Positions 53,477-62,096 of a stretch of 64,000 nt of DNA are shown here, one piece after another (positions within the stretch are counted from its first letter, which is position 1; each line of letters begins with the position of its first letter). The position numbers and the translations under genes were made by a program. The stretch spans positions 1,786-65,785 of the forward strand of contig CAZBNF010000001.1 in NCBI GenBank assembly GCA_964493115.1, read 5' to 3'. A model generated the notes under the pieces. That model was not told the DNA's origin. It was given only the letters and a program-made list of their open reading frames with translations, and searched no databases. Source of the stretch: an uncultured Planctomycetia bacterium (GTDB lineage: Bacteria > Omnitrophota > Gorgyraeia > JABMRG01).

Positions 53477-53565
53477 GCCGGGATGGCGGAATTGGCAGAC
53501 GCCTTGGACTTAAAATCCAATGGGTAGTAATACCCGTGCCGGTTCAAATCCGGCTCCCGGCACCA
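53477..53565 (+). tRNA. tRNA-Leu (anticodon TAA), with a long variable arm and CCA encoded.
   Basis: GCCGGGATGGCGGAATTGGCAGACGCCTTGGACTTAAAATCCAATGGGTAGTAATACCCGTGCCGGTTCAAATCCGGCTCCCGGCACCA has the anticodon loop CTTAAAA. Confidence 0.8.
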
Positions 53566-53581
53566 TAACATAGAAAAGAAT

Positions 53582-55288
53582 ATGGACATAGAGATATTAA
53601 GGCATAGCACAGCGCACGTTATGGCGCATGCAGTAAAAAGTTTATGGCCGGATATCAAGATAGCGATAGGCCCTGCTATATCCGAAGGGTTCTACTATGA
53701 TTTTGATAAAAAAACCCCGTTTTTGCCCGAGGATCTTGACCTTATTGAAAAAAAGATGAAAGAGATCATAGGGCAGGACCATAAGTTTATAGAAAAGAAA
53801 GTGAGCAAGGATCAGGCACGCGAACTTTTTAAAAACCAACCATACAAACTCGAGCTGATAGACGGGATACCTGAAGGCGAGATAACCGTTTATTCTGGCG
53901 GCGATTTTTATGACCTGTGCAAAGGCCCACACATATCTTCAACAGGCGCAATAAAGGTGTTCAAGTTATTAAGCATAGCAGGCGCTTATTGGCGGGGCAG
54001 TGAAAAAAATCCAATGCTTCAAAGGATATACGGCACAGCTTTTTTTGCAGACAATGAACTTAAGCAGTATTTACATTTAATTGAAGAGGCCAAGAAGCGA
54101 GATCACAGGAAGATTGGACGTGAACTCGGGATTTACCTGACAGATGATTCTGTGGGCGCAGGTCTTATAATCTATCAGCCCAAGGGTGCTCTCCTGAGAA
54201 CGATTATAGAAGACTGGGAAAAGAAGGAGCACTTAAGAAGAGGTTACGATCTTATAATCAGCCCGCATATATATAAATCAGATATATGGATTCGTTCAGG
54301 CCATTACGAATTCTATAAAGAGAATATGTATATGTTCAAGGTTGAGGATGAGGAATATGCTGTAAAGCCCATGAACTGTCCAGGGCATATGCTTGTTTAT
54401 GGGTCAAAGACGAGAAGCTACCGTGAGCTTCCACTTAGGCTTTTTGAATTAGGCACGGTGTATCGAAACGAAAAAAGCGGTGTATTGCACGGCCTGCTGA
54501 GAGTAAGAGGTTTTACGCAGGATGACGCGCATATATTTTGCCTGCCCGAACAGCTTAAAGTAGAGATAAAGGATGTTTTGGATTTTGTAGTTTACGCGCT
54601 CGGGGTATTTGGTTTTTCCGATTATGCTGTTGAGATAAGTACGCGCCCTGAAAAATCCATAGGAAGCGACAAAGACTGGCAGGAGGCAACATCCGCCCTG
54701 ACAGAGTCTTTAAATGAAAAGGGCATATCTTATATAATAAATGAAGCTGATGGCGCGTTTTATGGGCCTAAGATAGATATCAAATTAAAAGATTCACTTA
54801 ACAGGGCATGGCAGTGCGCTACAATACAATGTGACTTTGCTCTTCCGGAGAGATTTAACCTGGAATATATAGCACCGGATGGGACGGGAAAGAGGCCTGT
54901 GATGATACACAGGGTTATACTGGGTTCCATGGAGCGCTTTATAGGGGCACTTATAGAGCATTATGCTGGTGCTTTCCCATTGTGGCTTTCACCCGAACAG
55001 ATAAGGGTTGCCCCTATTACGGACAATCAGCATGCTTACGCTAATAAGGTTTTAGAAGCCCTGTCAGAGTGCGGCTTCAGGGCAAAGCTTGATCCAAGAA
55101 ACGAGACCATAGGATATAAGATACGTGAAGCCCGCTCAGAAAAGATACCATACATGCTTATTATTGGACAAAAAGAAGAGCAGGCAGAAACGGTTGCCGT
55201 AAGAAGCAGGCAAAAAGGCGATGAGGGCCCTGTCAGGATTGAACAGTTTATAGAGAGAGTGAAAAAGGAAATCAACAACAAGAGCTAG
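53582..55288 (+). CDS. thrS: Threonyl-tRNA synthetase lacking the N-terminal TGS domain.
   Basis: A 568-aa protein that starts directly in the editing/SAD domain (RHSTAHVMAHAVKSLWP...CKGPH). It has class II catalytic motifs and a C-terminal anticodon-binding domain. There is no room upstream for a TGS domain, because tRNA-Leu ends 17 nt before the start. Confidence 0.85.
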   Translation: MDIEILRHSTAHVMAHAVKSLWPDIKIAIGPAISEGFYYDFDKKTPFLPEDLDLIEKKMKEIIGQDHKFIEKKVSKDQARELFKNQPYKLELIDGIPEGEITVYSGGDFYDLCKGPHISSTGAIKVFKLLSIAGAYWRGSEKNPMLQRIYGTAFFADNELKQYLHLIEEAKKRDHRKIGRELGIYLTDDSVGAGLIIYQPKGALLRTIIEDWEKKEHLRRGYDLIISPHIYKSDIWIRSGHYEFYKENMYMFKVEDEEYAVKPMNCPGHMLVYGSKTRSYRELPLRLFELGTVYRNEKSGVLHGLLRVRGFTQDDAHIFCLPEQLKVEIKDVLDFVVYALGVFGFSDYAVEISTRPEKSIGSDKDWQEATSALTESLNEKGISYIINEADGAFYGPKIDIKLKDSLNRAWQCATIQCDFALPERFNLEYIAPDGTGKRPVMIHRVILGSMERFIGALIEHYAGAFPLWLSPEQIRVAPITDNQHAYANKVLEALSECGFRAKLDPRNETIGYKIREARSEKIPYMLIIGQKEEQAETVAVRSRQKGDEGPVRIEQFIERVKKEINNKS

Positions 55289-55307
55289 CATTAGGAAGGA
55301 GGGGGTT

Positions 55308-55817
55308 ATTATACAAAATCGTTTAAGAGTAAATGAGCAGATCAGAATAAGTGAAATAAGGGTGATAGGAGCAGAAGGTGAACAGCTTGGTGTTATGACT
55401 CCGCAGGCTGCTTTGGCTAAGGCGCGTGAGACAGATCTCGATTTGGTTGAGGTTGCCCCGACGTCAAGGCCCCCTGTTTGCAGGATAATGGATTACAGCA
55501 AGTTTAAATATGATCAGGAAAAAAAAGAAAAAGAGGCAAGAAAACGCCAGCATATAATAAAGATAAAAGAAGTGAGATACAAGGCCACCATAGAAGAGCA
55601 TGATTACTGTACCAAGCTTACCCATATAAAAGATTTTCTTCAAAAGGGCAATAAGGTCAAGGTCAGCCTGCGGTTTAGAGGCAGAGAGATGGCTCATCAG
55701 GAAACAGGCAGGGCTCTGATGCAGAGGGTAATTAATGATATAATCGGTGTGGGTGAAGCAGAAAAGCCGCCATCAAAAGAAGGCCATTTTCTGAATATGG
55801 TGCTTAACCCTAAGTAA
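55308..55817 (+). CDS. infC: Translation initiation factor IF-3, with a probable AUU (ATT) start codon.
   Basis: The ORF track starts at GTG 55362. The in-frame upstream sequence encodes the conserved IF3 N-terminus (NRLRVNEQIRISEIRVIGAEGEQLGVM). ATT at 55308 is preceded by GGAGG at a 6-nt spacing. An AUU start is a known conserved autoregulatory feature of infC. Confidence 0.7.
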   Translation: MIQNRLRVNEQIRISEIRVIGAEGEQLGVMTPQAALAKARETDLDLVEVAPTSRPPVCRIMDYSKFKYDQEKKEKEARKRQHIIKIKEVRYKATIEEHDYCTKLTHIKDFLQKGNKVKVSLRFRGREMAHQETGRALMQRVINDIIGVGEAEKPPSKEGHFLNMVLNPK

Positions 55818-55866
55818 ATGAGGCCACCCCCATTCTTGCTTTCGCAAGAAAGCATGGGGGGAAGGA
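55818..55866 (+). ncRNA. Structured RNA element between infC and rpmI (operon leader/attenuator or terminator).
   Basis: A nested hairpin: outer stem cccccat/atggggg and inner stem ttcttgc/gcaagaa with loop tttc. Confidence 0.3.
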
Positions 55867-55944
55867 TCTACAGAGCTAGATTCTTCGTCGCGCTTTATGA
55901 CAAAAGCACATAAATTACGCATAAATTTACAATAGGAGCTCATT

Positions 55945-56136
55945 ATGCCAAAACTAAAGACAAGAAAATCTGTTAAGAAACGTATAAAAGTTACTAAGAG
56001 GGGCAAGGTAAAAGTGAAAAGGTCCTTCTCGGGGCACCTTTTAACCTGCAAAAACAGAAAACGAAAGCGCCATATGAAGAAAAAGACGGTTTTAACAAAA
56101 GCAGAATCCGCTAAACTGCGCGCGATGATTCAATGA
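55945..56136 (+). CDS. rpmI: 50S ribosomal protein L35.
   Basis: MPKLKTRKSVKKRIKVTKRGKVKVKRSFSGHLL, in conserved infC-rpmI-rplT synteny. Confidence 0.9.
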   Translation: MPKLKTRKSVKKRIKVTKRGKVKVKRSFSGHLLTCKNRKRKRHMKKKTVLTKAESAKLRAMIQ

Positions 56137-56226
56137 GGCTAGATTCTCCGCCCTCCGGATTCTGAATAACAGTAATTATAAGCATGTAATTGACAAAGCA
56201 GTTATACACAAAATAAGGAGTGATAT

Positions 56227-56583
56227 ATGGCAAGAGTAACACACGGTGTTTCATCAAGGAAGAGAAGAAAGCGGACACTAAAGGCCGCCAAAGGTTACAG
56301 AGGGGGCCGCGGCAAGCTATACAGAACAGCCAAAGAAACCGTTGCCAGGGCCAGGGCCTATTCGTATAGAGATAGGAAGGTAAAAAAGCGTGATTTCCGT
56401 TCTTTATGGATAACAAGAATAAACGCGGCATGTAAGATAAACGGCATAAAGTATTCAGAGTTTATCGACGGGTTGGCTAAGGCGAAGGTGCTTATAAACA
56501 GAAAAGTATTGGCAGAGCTGGCTGTATCGCATAAAACCGCTTTTAAAAAAATAGTCGATATCGCTAAACATAAAAAACAATAA
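56227..56583 (+). CDS. rplT: 50S ribosomal protein L20.
   Basis: MARVTHGVSSRKRRKRTLKAAKGYRGGRGKLYRTAKE... is a canonical L20 sequence. Confidence 0.95.
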   Translation: MARVTHGVSSRKRRKRTLKAAKGYRGGRGKLYRTAKETVARARAYSYRDRKVKKRDFRSLWITRINAACKINGIKYSEFIDGLAKAKVLINRKVLAELAVSHKTAFKKIVDIAKHKKQ

Positions 56584-56603
56584 AGTGTTCACACACTAAG
56601 CGC

Positions 56604-57968
56604 ATGCGCAAACACAAACTACAGCCTCCACAGGTCATAGTATTAAGTTTTCTTGCCGTTATAATATTAGGGGCAATACTATTAAGCCTGCCCATTGCCA
56701 CAGTTGCGGGGCAACGGATAAGTCTTGTTGACAGCCTCTTTACCGCTACAAGCGCGGTATGCGTCACAGGCCTTGTTGTTAATGATATAAGTACTTTTTT
56801 TTCTCCTTTTGGGAAGCTTGTCATGCTTTGCCTGATACAAACAGGCGGGTTGGGTATTATGACATTTTCTACGATGTTTGCCATACTATTAGGGCGCAGG
56901 CTTTCCATATCTGAGAACATAACAATTAAAAGTGCTTTAAGCCATACAAGGATAGAAGGCCTAAGCAAGCTCGTTCTTTATATTATTTTATTTACATTCA
57001 CTATCGAAATAATTGGCGCGGCGCTGTTATATATCAGGTGGTCGCGGATTTTTAACTGGGGCATGCTTGTAACAGCAGAACAGGCGATATTCCATTCTGT
57101 GTCAGCTTTTTGCAACGCGGGATTCTCCCTTTTCCCGCATAGCCTGGAGACTTTTTCAAAAGATGTTGTTGTTGTATCCGTATTTTCCCTGCTTGTTATA
57201 ATTGGAGGCTTAGGGTTTGTTGTTTTTATGGATATACCAAAGCTTAAATTCTGGAGAAAAGACAGAAGACTTATATTATCTCGTATCAGCCTGCAGACAA
57301 AAGTAGTATTCTTAGTTTCATTTTTTCTTATCATAGCGGGTGCGTTAGCAGTTTGGTTTTTTGAAAATGATTTTGCCCTGCGTGGTATGGGCATAAAAGA
57401 AAAAATATTGTCATGTTTTTTTACATCTGTTACAACGCGCACAGCGGGGTTTAATGTTCTTGGCACGGCGTCGCTGCGGCCCGTTACGCTGTTTATGATG
57501 ATAATGCTTATGTTTGTAGGGGCATCCCCGGGTTCAACCGGAGGAGGTATTAAAACAGTTACGCTCGGTATTATTATAGCTGCATTTTATTCAATGTTTC
57601 GAAACAGGGACAGGATAACTATTTTTAAAAGAACAATACCAAAGGAGACCTATCGACGCGCCGCCGTTATAGCCTTTCTCGCTTTAGCTGTTGTATTGTT
57701 ATCAACTTTTTTGCTTTCTGCTACAGAGAGCGTTCCGGCGCATAGCAGTCATTATTTTCTAAGCATGCTGTTTGAATCAACATCGGCCTTCGGCACAGTA
57801 GGCCTGTCAATGGGCATTACGCCAACTCTTACGGGCTGGGGAAAGATTATTATAATATTAACAATGTTAATAGGCAGAGTAGGCCCGCTTACTCTCGCGC
57901 TTGCTATAGCGATGAGAAGCGAGAAGGTGGAGTATCGTTATCCGGAAGAGAAATTAATGGTCGGGTAA
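56604..57968 (+). CDS. trkH: TrkH/KtrB-family potassium transporter membrane subunit.
   Basis: A 454-aa polytopic membrane protein with repeated selectivity-filter-like motifs (TGGLGIM, FNAGFSL, TRTAGFNV, GLSMGIT). Confidence 0.85.
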   Translation: MRKHKLQPPQVIVLSFLAVIILGAILLSLPIATVAGQRISLVDSLFTATSAVCVTGLVVNDISTFFSPFGKLVMLCLIQTGGLGIMTFSTMFAILLGRRLSISENITIKSALSHTRIEGLSKLVLYIILFTFTIEIIGAALLYIRWSRIFNWGMLVTAEQAIFHSVSAFCNAGFSLFPHSLETFSKDVVVVSVFSLLVIIGGLGFVVFMDIPKLKFWRKDRRLILSRISLQTKVVFLVSFFLIIAGALAVWFFENDFALRGMGIKEKILSCFFTSVTTRTAGFNVLGTASLRPVTLFMMIMLMFVGASPGSTGGGIKTVTLGIIIAAFYSMFRNRDRITIFKRTIPKETYRRAAVIAFLALAVVLLSTFLLSATESVPAHSSHYFLSMLFESTSAFGTVGLSMGITPTLTGWGKIIIILTMLIGRVGPLTLALAIAMRSEKVEYRYPEEKLMVG

Positions 57969-57986
57969 TTTAGTTCGTAGTTCATG

Positions 57987-58006
57987 CCTGCCTGTCGGCA
58001 GGCAGG
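57987..58006. terminator. GC-rich hairpin downstream of trkH, a probable terminator or regulatory hairpin.
   Basis: An 8-bp perfect stem (cctgcctg / caggcagg, loop tcgg). The 3' side has only a weak U-tract. It is flanked by ATGAACT/AGTTCAT heptamer copies. Confidence 0.4.
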
Positions 58007-58085
58007 GTTCATAGTTTGTAGATTAAAACATTTAGGCTATGAACTATGAACTCATAACTATGAACAATGAAACCAGGAGAAGAAA

Positions 58086-58751
58086 ATGAGACAGTTCGCC
58101 GTGATAGGATTAGGAAGATTTGGTTCAAGCGTGGCTAAGACCTTAAGTGAAAAAGGTTATCAGGTCCTGGCAATAGATATAGCCGACGATAAGGTGCAGG
58201 ATTTTTCAGAGATTGCATCGCAAGCAGTCTGTGTTGATGCCACTGATGAAAAGGCCCTAAAGGCAGTTGGGGTGGATTCTGTAGACGTAGCCGTAGTAAG
58301 TGTCGGCAACAACATAGAGGCATCTGTGTTGATAACGCTTGTGCTTAAAGAGATTGGCATCAAAGAGATTGTTGCCAAGGCGGTTTCAGAGGAGCAGGGC
58401 AAGGTGCTGGAGAAGGTAGGGGCTGACAGGGTGGTATTTCCTGAAAGAGATATGGGTATTCGCGTAGCTAACTCTCTTACATCACCAAAGGTAAGCGAAC
58501 ACATAGACCTTTCCTCCGCCTGTAGTATTATAGAGATAAAAGCGCCAAAAGACTTTATAGACAAAAGCCTTAAGCAGTTGAGCGTAAGAGTGAAATACGG
58601 GCTTAACATTGTTGCCATAAAAAGTATTGATGAAACAGGGGCTGAGTCAATCAACCCTACGCCTGAAGCGGATTACAAGATAAAGGCCCTTGATAAGCTT
58701 ATGGTGGTAGGCCCTAATGAGAAAATAGAAAAGCTTAAGCAGAAAGAATAA
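58086..58751 (+). CDS. trkA: TrkA/KtrA-family potassium uptake regulatory subunit (RCK_N + RCK_C).
   Basis: MRQFAVIGLGRFGSSVAKTLSEKGYQVLAIDIADDKV has a Rossmann GxGxxG motif, and the C-terminus has a TrkA-C region. Confidence 0.85.
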   Translation: MRQFAVIGLGRFGSSVAKTLSEKGYQVLAIDIADDKVQDFSEIASQAVCVDATDEKALKAVGVDSVDVAVVSVGNNIEASVLITLVLKEIGIKEIVAKAVSEEQGKVLEKVGADRVVFPERDMGIRVANSLTSPKVSEHIDLSSACSIIEIKAPKDFIDKSLKQLSVRVKYGLNIVAIKSIDETGAESINPTPEADYKIKALDKLMVVGPNEKIEKLKQKE

Positions 58752-58755
58752 ATAA

Positions 58756-59796
58756 GTGAAAGAGCGTTTAAAAGAAATAGAAATACAGGCCTTATCTGAA
58801 ATAGACGCGGCCTCTACGCGGCAGGCCCTTGAAGTGATACGCGCGAAATATTTAAGCAGAAAAGGTGTTCTATCCCGGCTTTATAAAGAACTCGGTTCGG
58901 TTGATGAACAGGACAGGCCCGCAATCGGGCAGGGAATAAACAGGCTCAAAGCGATCTTTGAGCAGGATATAGCGCAAAGGCTGCATGAGCTTTCCGCCAA
59001 AACAGGCCCGGCAGAAAGTGAAGCATTTGATATCACTATGCCAGGCATTTACCCTGATATCGGTAAAAAGCACCCAATAACAAAAACAATTGATGATATA
59101 TGCGGGGTTTTTTCCCGCATGGGTTTTGCTATCATAGAAGGCCCTGAGATAGAGACCGAATTTAATAATTTCGAAGCACTTAATATACCGCTTGATCATC
59201 CCTCGCGGGACACATTCGATACTTTTTATCTTGATACAGAAAATTTTGAAACAGACCCGCAGAAAAGACGCCTCTTAAGAAGCCACACATCCCCGGTACA
59301 GATTCGGTATATGCAAAAGCACAAGCCGCCTTTTTCAATTGCTGTGCCCGGCAAGGTTTTCAGGCCCGACGCTACAGACGCGAGCCACTCTTTTATGTTC
59401 CATCAGATTGAGGGGCTGGTTGTCGGAGACGGGATAAATTTCGCTAATCTTAAATGGGCTTTGTTTGAATTCGCGAGGCAATATTTTGGTGAATCGACGA
59501 AGGCCAGGTTCAGGCCGCATTTTTTTCCCTTTACAGAGCCGAGCGCTGAAGTGGATGTATCCTGTATAATTTGCCAAGGCCAGGGTTGCAGGGTGTGTTC
59601 TCAGAGCGGCTGGCTTGAAATACTTGGCGCGGGCATGGTAGACCCCAATGTTTTTAAAGAGGTCAATATAGACGCTGAAAAGTACAGCGGGTTTGCCTTT
59701 GGCATGGGGGTTGAAAGAATTGCCATGCTGAAATACGGCATTGATGATATACGTCTTTTTTATGAAAATGATTTAAGATTTTTAAGGCAGTTTTAA
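58756..59796 (+). CDS. pheS: Phenylalanyl-tRNA synthetase alpha subunit.
   Basis: A 346-aa protein with class II motifs (FRPDATDASHSFMFHQIEG, GFAFGMGVERIAML). Confidence 0.95.
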   Translation: MKERLKEIEIQALSEIDAASTRQALEVIRAKYLSRKGVLSRLYKELGSVDEQDRPAIGQGINRLKAIFEQDIAQRLHELSAKTGPAESEAFDITMPGIYPDIGKKHPITKTIDDICGVFSRMGFAIIEGPEIETEFNNFEALNIPLDHPSRDTFDTFYLDTENFETDPQKRRLLRSHTSPVQIRYMQKHKPPFSIAVPGKVFRPDATDASHSFMFHQIEGLVVGDGINFANLKWALFEFARQYFGESTKARFRPHFFPFTEPSAEVDVSCIICQGQGCRVCSQSGWLEILGAGMVDPNVFKEVNIDAEKYSGFAFGMGVERIAMLKYGIDDIRLFYENDLRFLRQF

Positions 59797-59798
59797 TT

Positions 59799-61835
59799 AT
59801 GAAAATATCATACGAATGGCTTAGGGAGTATATAAATACCAAGGTAAGCCCGGGGACCCTTGCGGGCTGGCTTACCATGGCAGGGCACGAGGCCTCTTTA
59901 ATAAAACAAAATAAAGGCGACGTTGTTTTTGACATAGAAGTCACTCCAAACAGGCCGGACTGCCTTTCTCATATAGGTATAGCGCGCGAGATATCCGCGG
60001 CGACAGGAAAGCCTTTTAGGCTTGGGCATATCAAGCTTTTAAAGACGCCGCGGGAAAAGAAAGGTTTTAAGATTGTCAGAGACGATAAGGCAATGTGCCC
60101 TTTCTATGCTATGCGGATTTTAAGAAATGTCAAGGTAGCCCCTTCCCCGAAATGGCTTGCCAAAAAGATAAGCTCCATAGGCCTTAGCCCGATAAACAAT
60201 ATCGTAGATATCGCAAATTTTGTGCTTTTTGAAACGGGCCATCCTCTGCACGCCTTTGATTTAGATAAACTTTCAGGAAACGAAATAATCATAAGAAAGG
60301 CACGCGCAGGCGAGTCTATCATTACAATAGACGATGTTGAAAGAAGGCTCAAACCCCACATGCTGGTTATCGCCGATCAATCAGGCCCTGTTGCCATAGC
60401 GGGTGTTATGGGGGGTAGAGACTCAGCCATAACAAGCCAGACAAAAAATATTCTTTTAGAAAGCGCGTATTTTGATCCAATAAGCATAAGAAGGACATCC
60501 CATGCGCTTGGGCTTTCCACTGATTCAAGCTATCGCTTTGAAAGGGGCGCTGATTTGGAAAGCGTTGTGCCTTCATCAAACAGAGCAGCGTCCCTTATAT
60601 GCGATATTGCAAAAGCAGGTATCGGCGGATTTTTAGAGTCAAGGGATAAGGCGCAGTCTCCTGCACGCATAATCTTGCGCGTGCCATATCTTAACAAAAT
60701 ACTCGGAACCTCTCTTAAGCGGGCAGAGATAAGGCAGATACTCGTAAGGCTTGGATATAGAGTAAAAGGGTCTTCTGTCCTGGAAGTTATACCGCCTTCA
60801 TATCGCGGCGATACCGCAAGGGAGGTGGATCTTATAGAAGAAGTCGCGAGGATATATGGGTATGATCGCATTAATTCTATCCCGGCTTCGATAATCGCAA
60901 CATGCCAGGATGATAACACCAAGGACTTTATCGCAAAGCGCAATATGGCAAAGGAAGCGCTTGTGTCGTCAGGTTTCAACGAAGTTGTCTCTTACAGCCT
61001 TATCAGCAAAGATCTGCTAAAAGACGCGCTATGGGCCGATGAAGGTTTTATTGAAATTAAAAACCCATTAAGCAAAGAGCAGGAAATTATGAGGCCCTCC
61101 CTCCTGCCGGGCATAATCAAGGCAGCAGCTTACAATATGAGCAGGCAGGTGTATGATATTAAGCTGTTTGAATTATCCAATATATATTTCAAGGATGCCA
61201 GAGAATACAGAGAAGAGCCGTATCTCGCGCTGGCATTGTATTCAAAAGCAAAGACTTTAAATCAAAAAGGTGTTTCAGGACAGGGCCTTTTACGGTTAAA
61301 GGGCGCTATCCTGAATCTGGCAGAAACACTTGGTGTAAAAAATCTTAAGCTTGAGAAGGCAACATCCAACATGCTGGATGAAGGCAGGTCAATAGCCGTT
61401 CTTTCAGGCAGCGGCATGCTTGGCTCAATGGGTAGATTAAAAGATAATATAGCTGCCGCTTTCGGCATCACAGGCTCTTTATTTGTTGCTGAAATCAACT
61501 TCAGGCAGCTTGCCTTATCAGCGCACCCGGAACGATATTATAAATCTCTGCCGCGTTTTCCATACGCGTACCGTGATATTTCCTTTGCGATAGGGGCTTT
61601 AGTTGAGTATAAGGAAATAGAGGCACTGATAAAACGTATTGGCAGCCGCCTCGTAGAAGAAATAGAATTGTTAAGCGAATATCGCGGCGAGCAGATAGAA
61701 AAGGGCAAAAGAAGCCTGGCTATACGCGTAATCTTTCGTTCTAAAGACAAGACATTGACAGAAGAAGAAATCAGTTCAGCTGATGCCGCGATACGAAGCG
61801 GGATAGAGAAAACTTTTAACGCTGTTTTACGCTAA
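59799..61835 (+). CDS. pheT: Phenylalanyl-tRNA synthetase beta subunit. It is short (678 aa) and appears to lack the N-terminal OB-fold tRNA-binding domain.
   Basis: The N-terminal B1 domain (MKISYEWLREYIN...MAGHEAS) runs directly into B3/4 (FDIEVTPNRPDCLSHIGIAREI). B5, the catalytic-like core and the C-terminal FDX-ACB domain are present. Confidence 0.85.
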   Translation: MKISYEWLREYINTKVSPGTLAGWLTMAGHEASLIKQNKGDVVFDIEVTPNRPDCLSHIGIAREISAATGKPFRLGHIKLLKTPREKKGFKIVRDDKAMCPFYAMRILRNVKVAPSPKWLAKKISSIGLSPINNIVDIANFVLFETGHPLHAFDLDKLSGNEIIIRKARAGESIITIDDVERRLKPHMLVIADQSGPVAIAGVMGGRDSAITSQTKNILLESAYFDPISIRRTSHALGLSTDSSYRFERGADLESVVPSSNRAASLICDIAKAGIGGFLESRDKAQSPARIILRVPYLNKILGTSLKRAEIRQILVRLGYRVKGSSVLEVIPPSYRGDTAREVDLIEEVARIYGYDRINSIPASIIATCQDDNTKDFIAKRNMAKEALVSSGFNEVVSYSLISKDLLKDALWADEGFIEIKNPLSKEQEIMRPSLLPGIIKAAAYNMSRQVYDIKLFELSNIYFKDAREYREEPYLALALYSKAKTLNQKGVSGQGLLRLKGAILNLAETLGVKNLKLEKATSNMLDEGRSIAVLSGSGMLGSMGRLKDNIAAAFGITGSLFVAEINFRQLALSAHPERYYKSLPRFPYAYRDISFAIGALVEYKEIEALIKRIGSRLVEEIELLSEYRGEQIEKGKRSLAIRVIFRSKDKTLTEEEISSADAAIRSGIEKTFNAVLR

Positions 61836-61874
61836 GGCCTTGATTTATATCGCGCGGCGTGATATATTGAATGT

Positions 61875-62045
61875 AGCCCTGCTGTGTGCGTGGCTTTTCG
61901 GTGAAACTTTGAGCCAACACCTTTATATCGGGAGCTTAACTTCATGAGCGGATGGCACGCTCTCTTAACAGAGAGAAGCCTGTGAAACTTGTGAGAGAGC
62001 ACCCACTTTACTATAAGGGTTCAAAGTGCATCATTTGCCCGGCAC
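61875..62045 (+). ncRNA. Candidate small structured RNA between pheT and rarA.
   Basis: A TTGATT...TATATT promoter-like element lies at ~61848-61876. A ~165-nt region follows with internal repeats (gtgaaactttgag / gtgaaacttgtgag) and hairpins (ctctcttaacagagag). It ends in a GC-rich hairpin (gcccggcacgtgcggggc) followed by TTTT at ~62028-62050. Confidence 0.3.
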
Positions 62046-62096
62046 GTGCGGGGCGTTTTAGTTGACAGTCCACAGAGAGGGTTAGAATTTAACACC

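Noticed and set aside
55818-55866. The hairpin after infC considered as a tRNA or other RNA gene.
   Set aside because: It is too short for a tRNA and forms no cloverleaf. It is more likely a leader or attenuator structure of the rpmI-rplT operon.
62046-62096. A GTG start for rarA at 62046.
   Set aside because: It lies inside the GC-rich terminator hairpin of the upstream element and has no Shine-Dalgarno sequence. ATG 62097 begins the conserved MDLFQQ... N-terminus.
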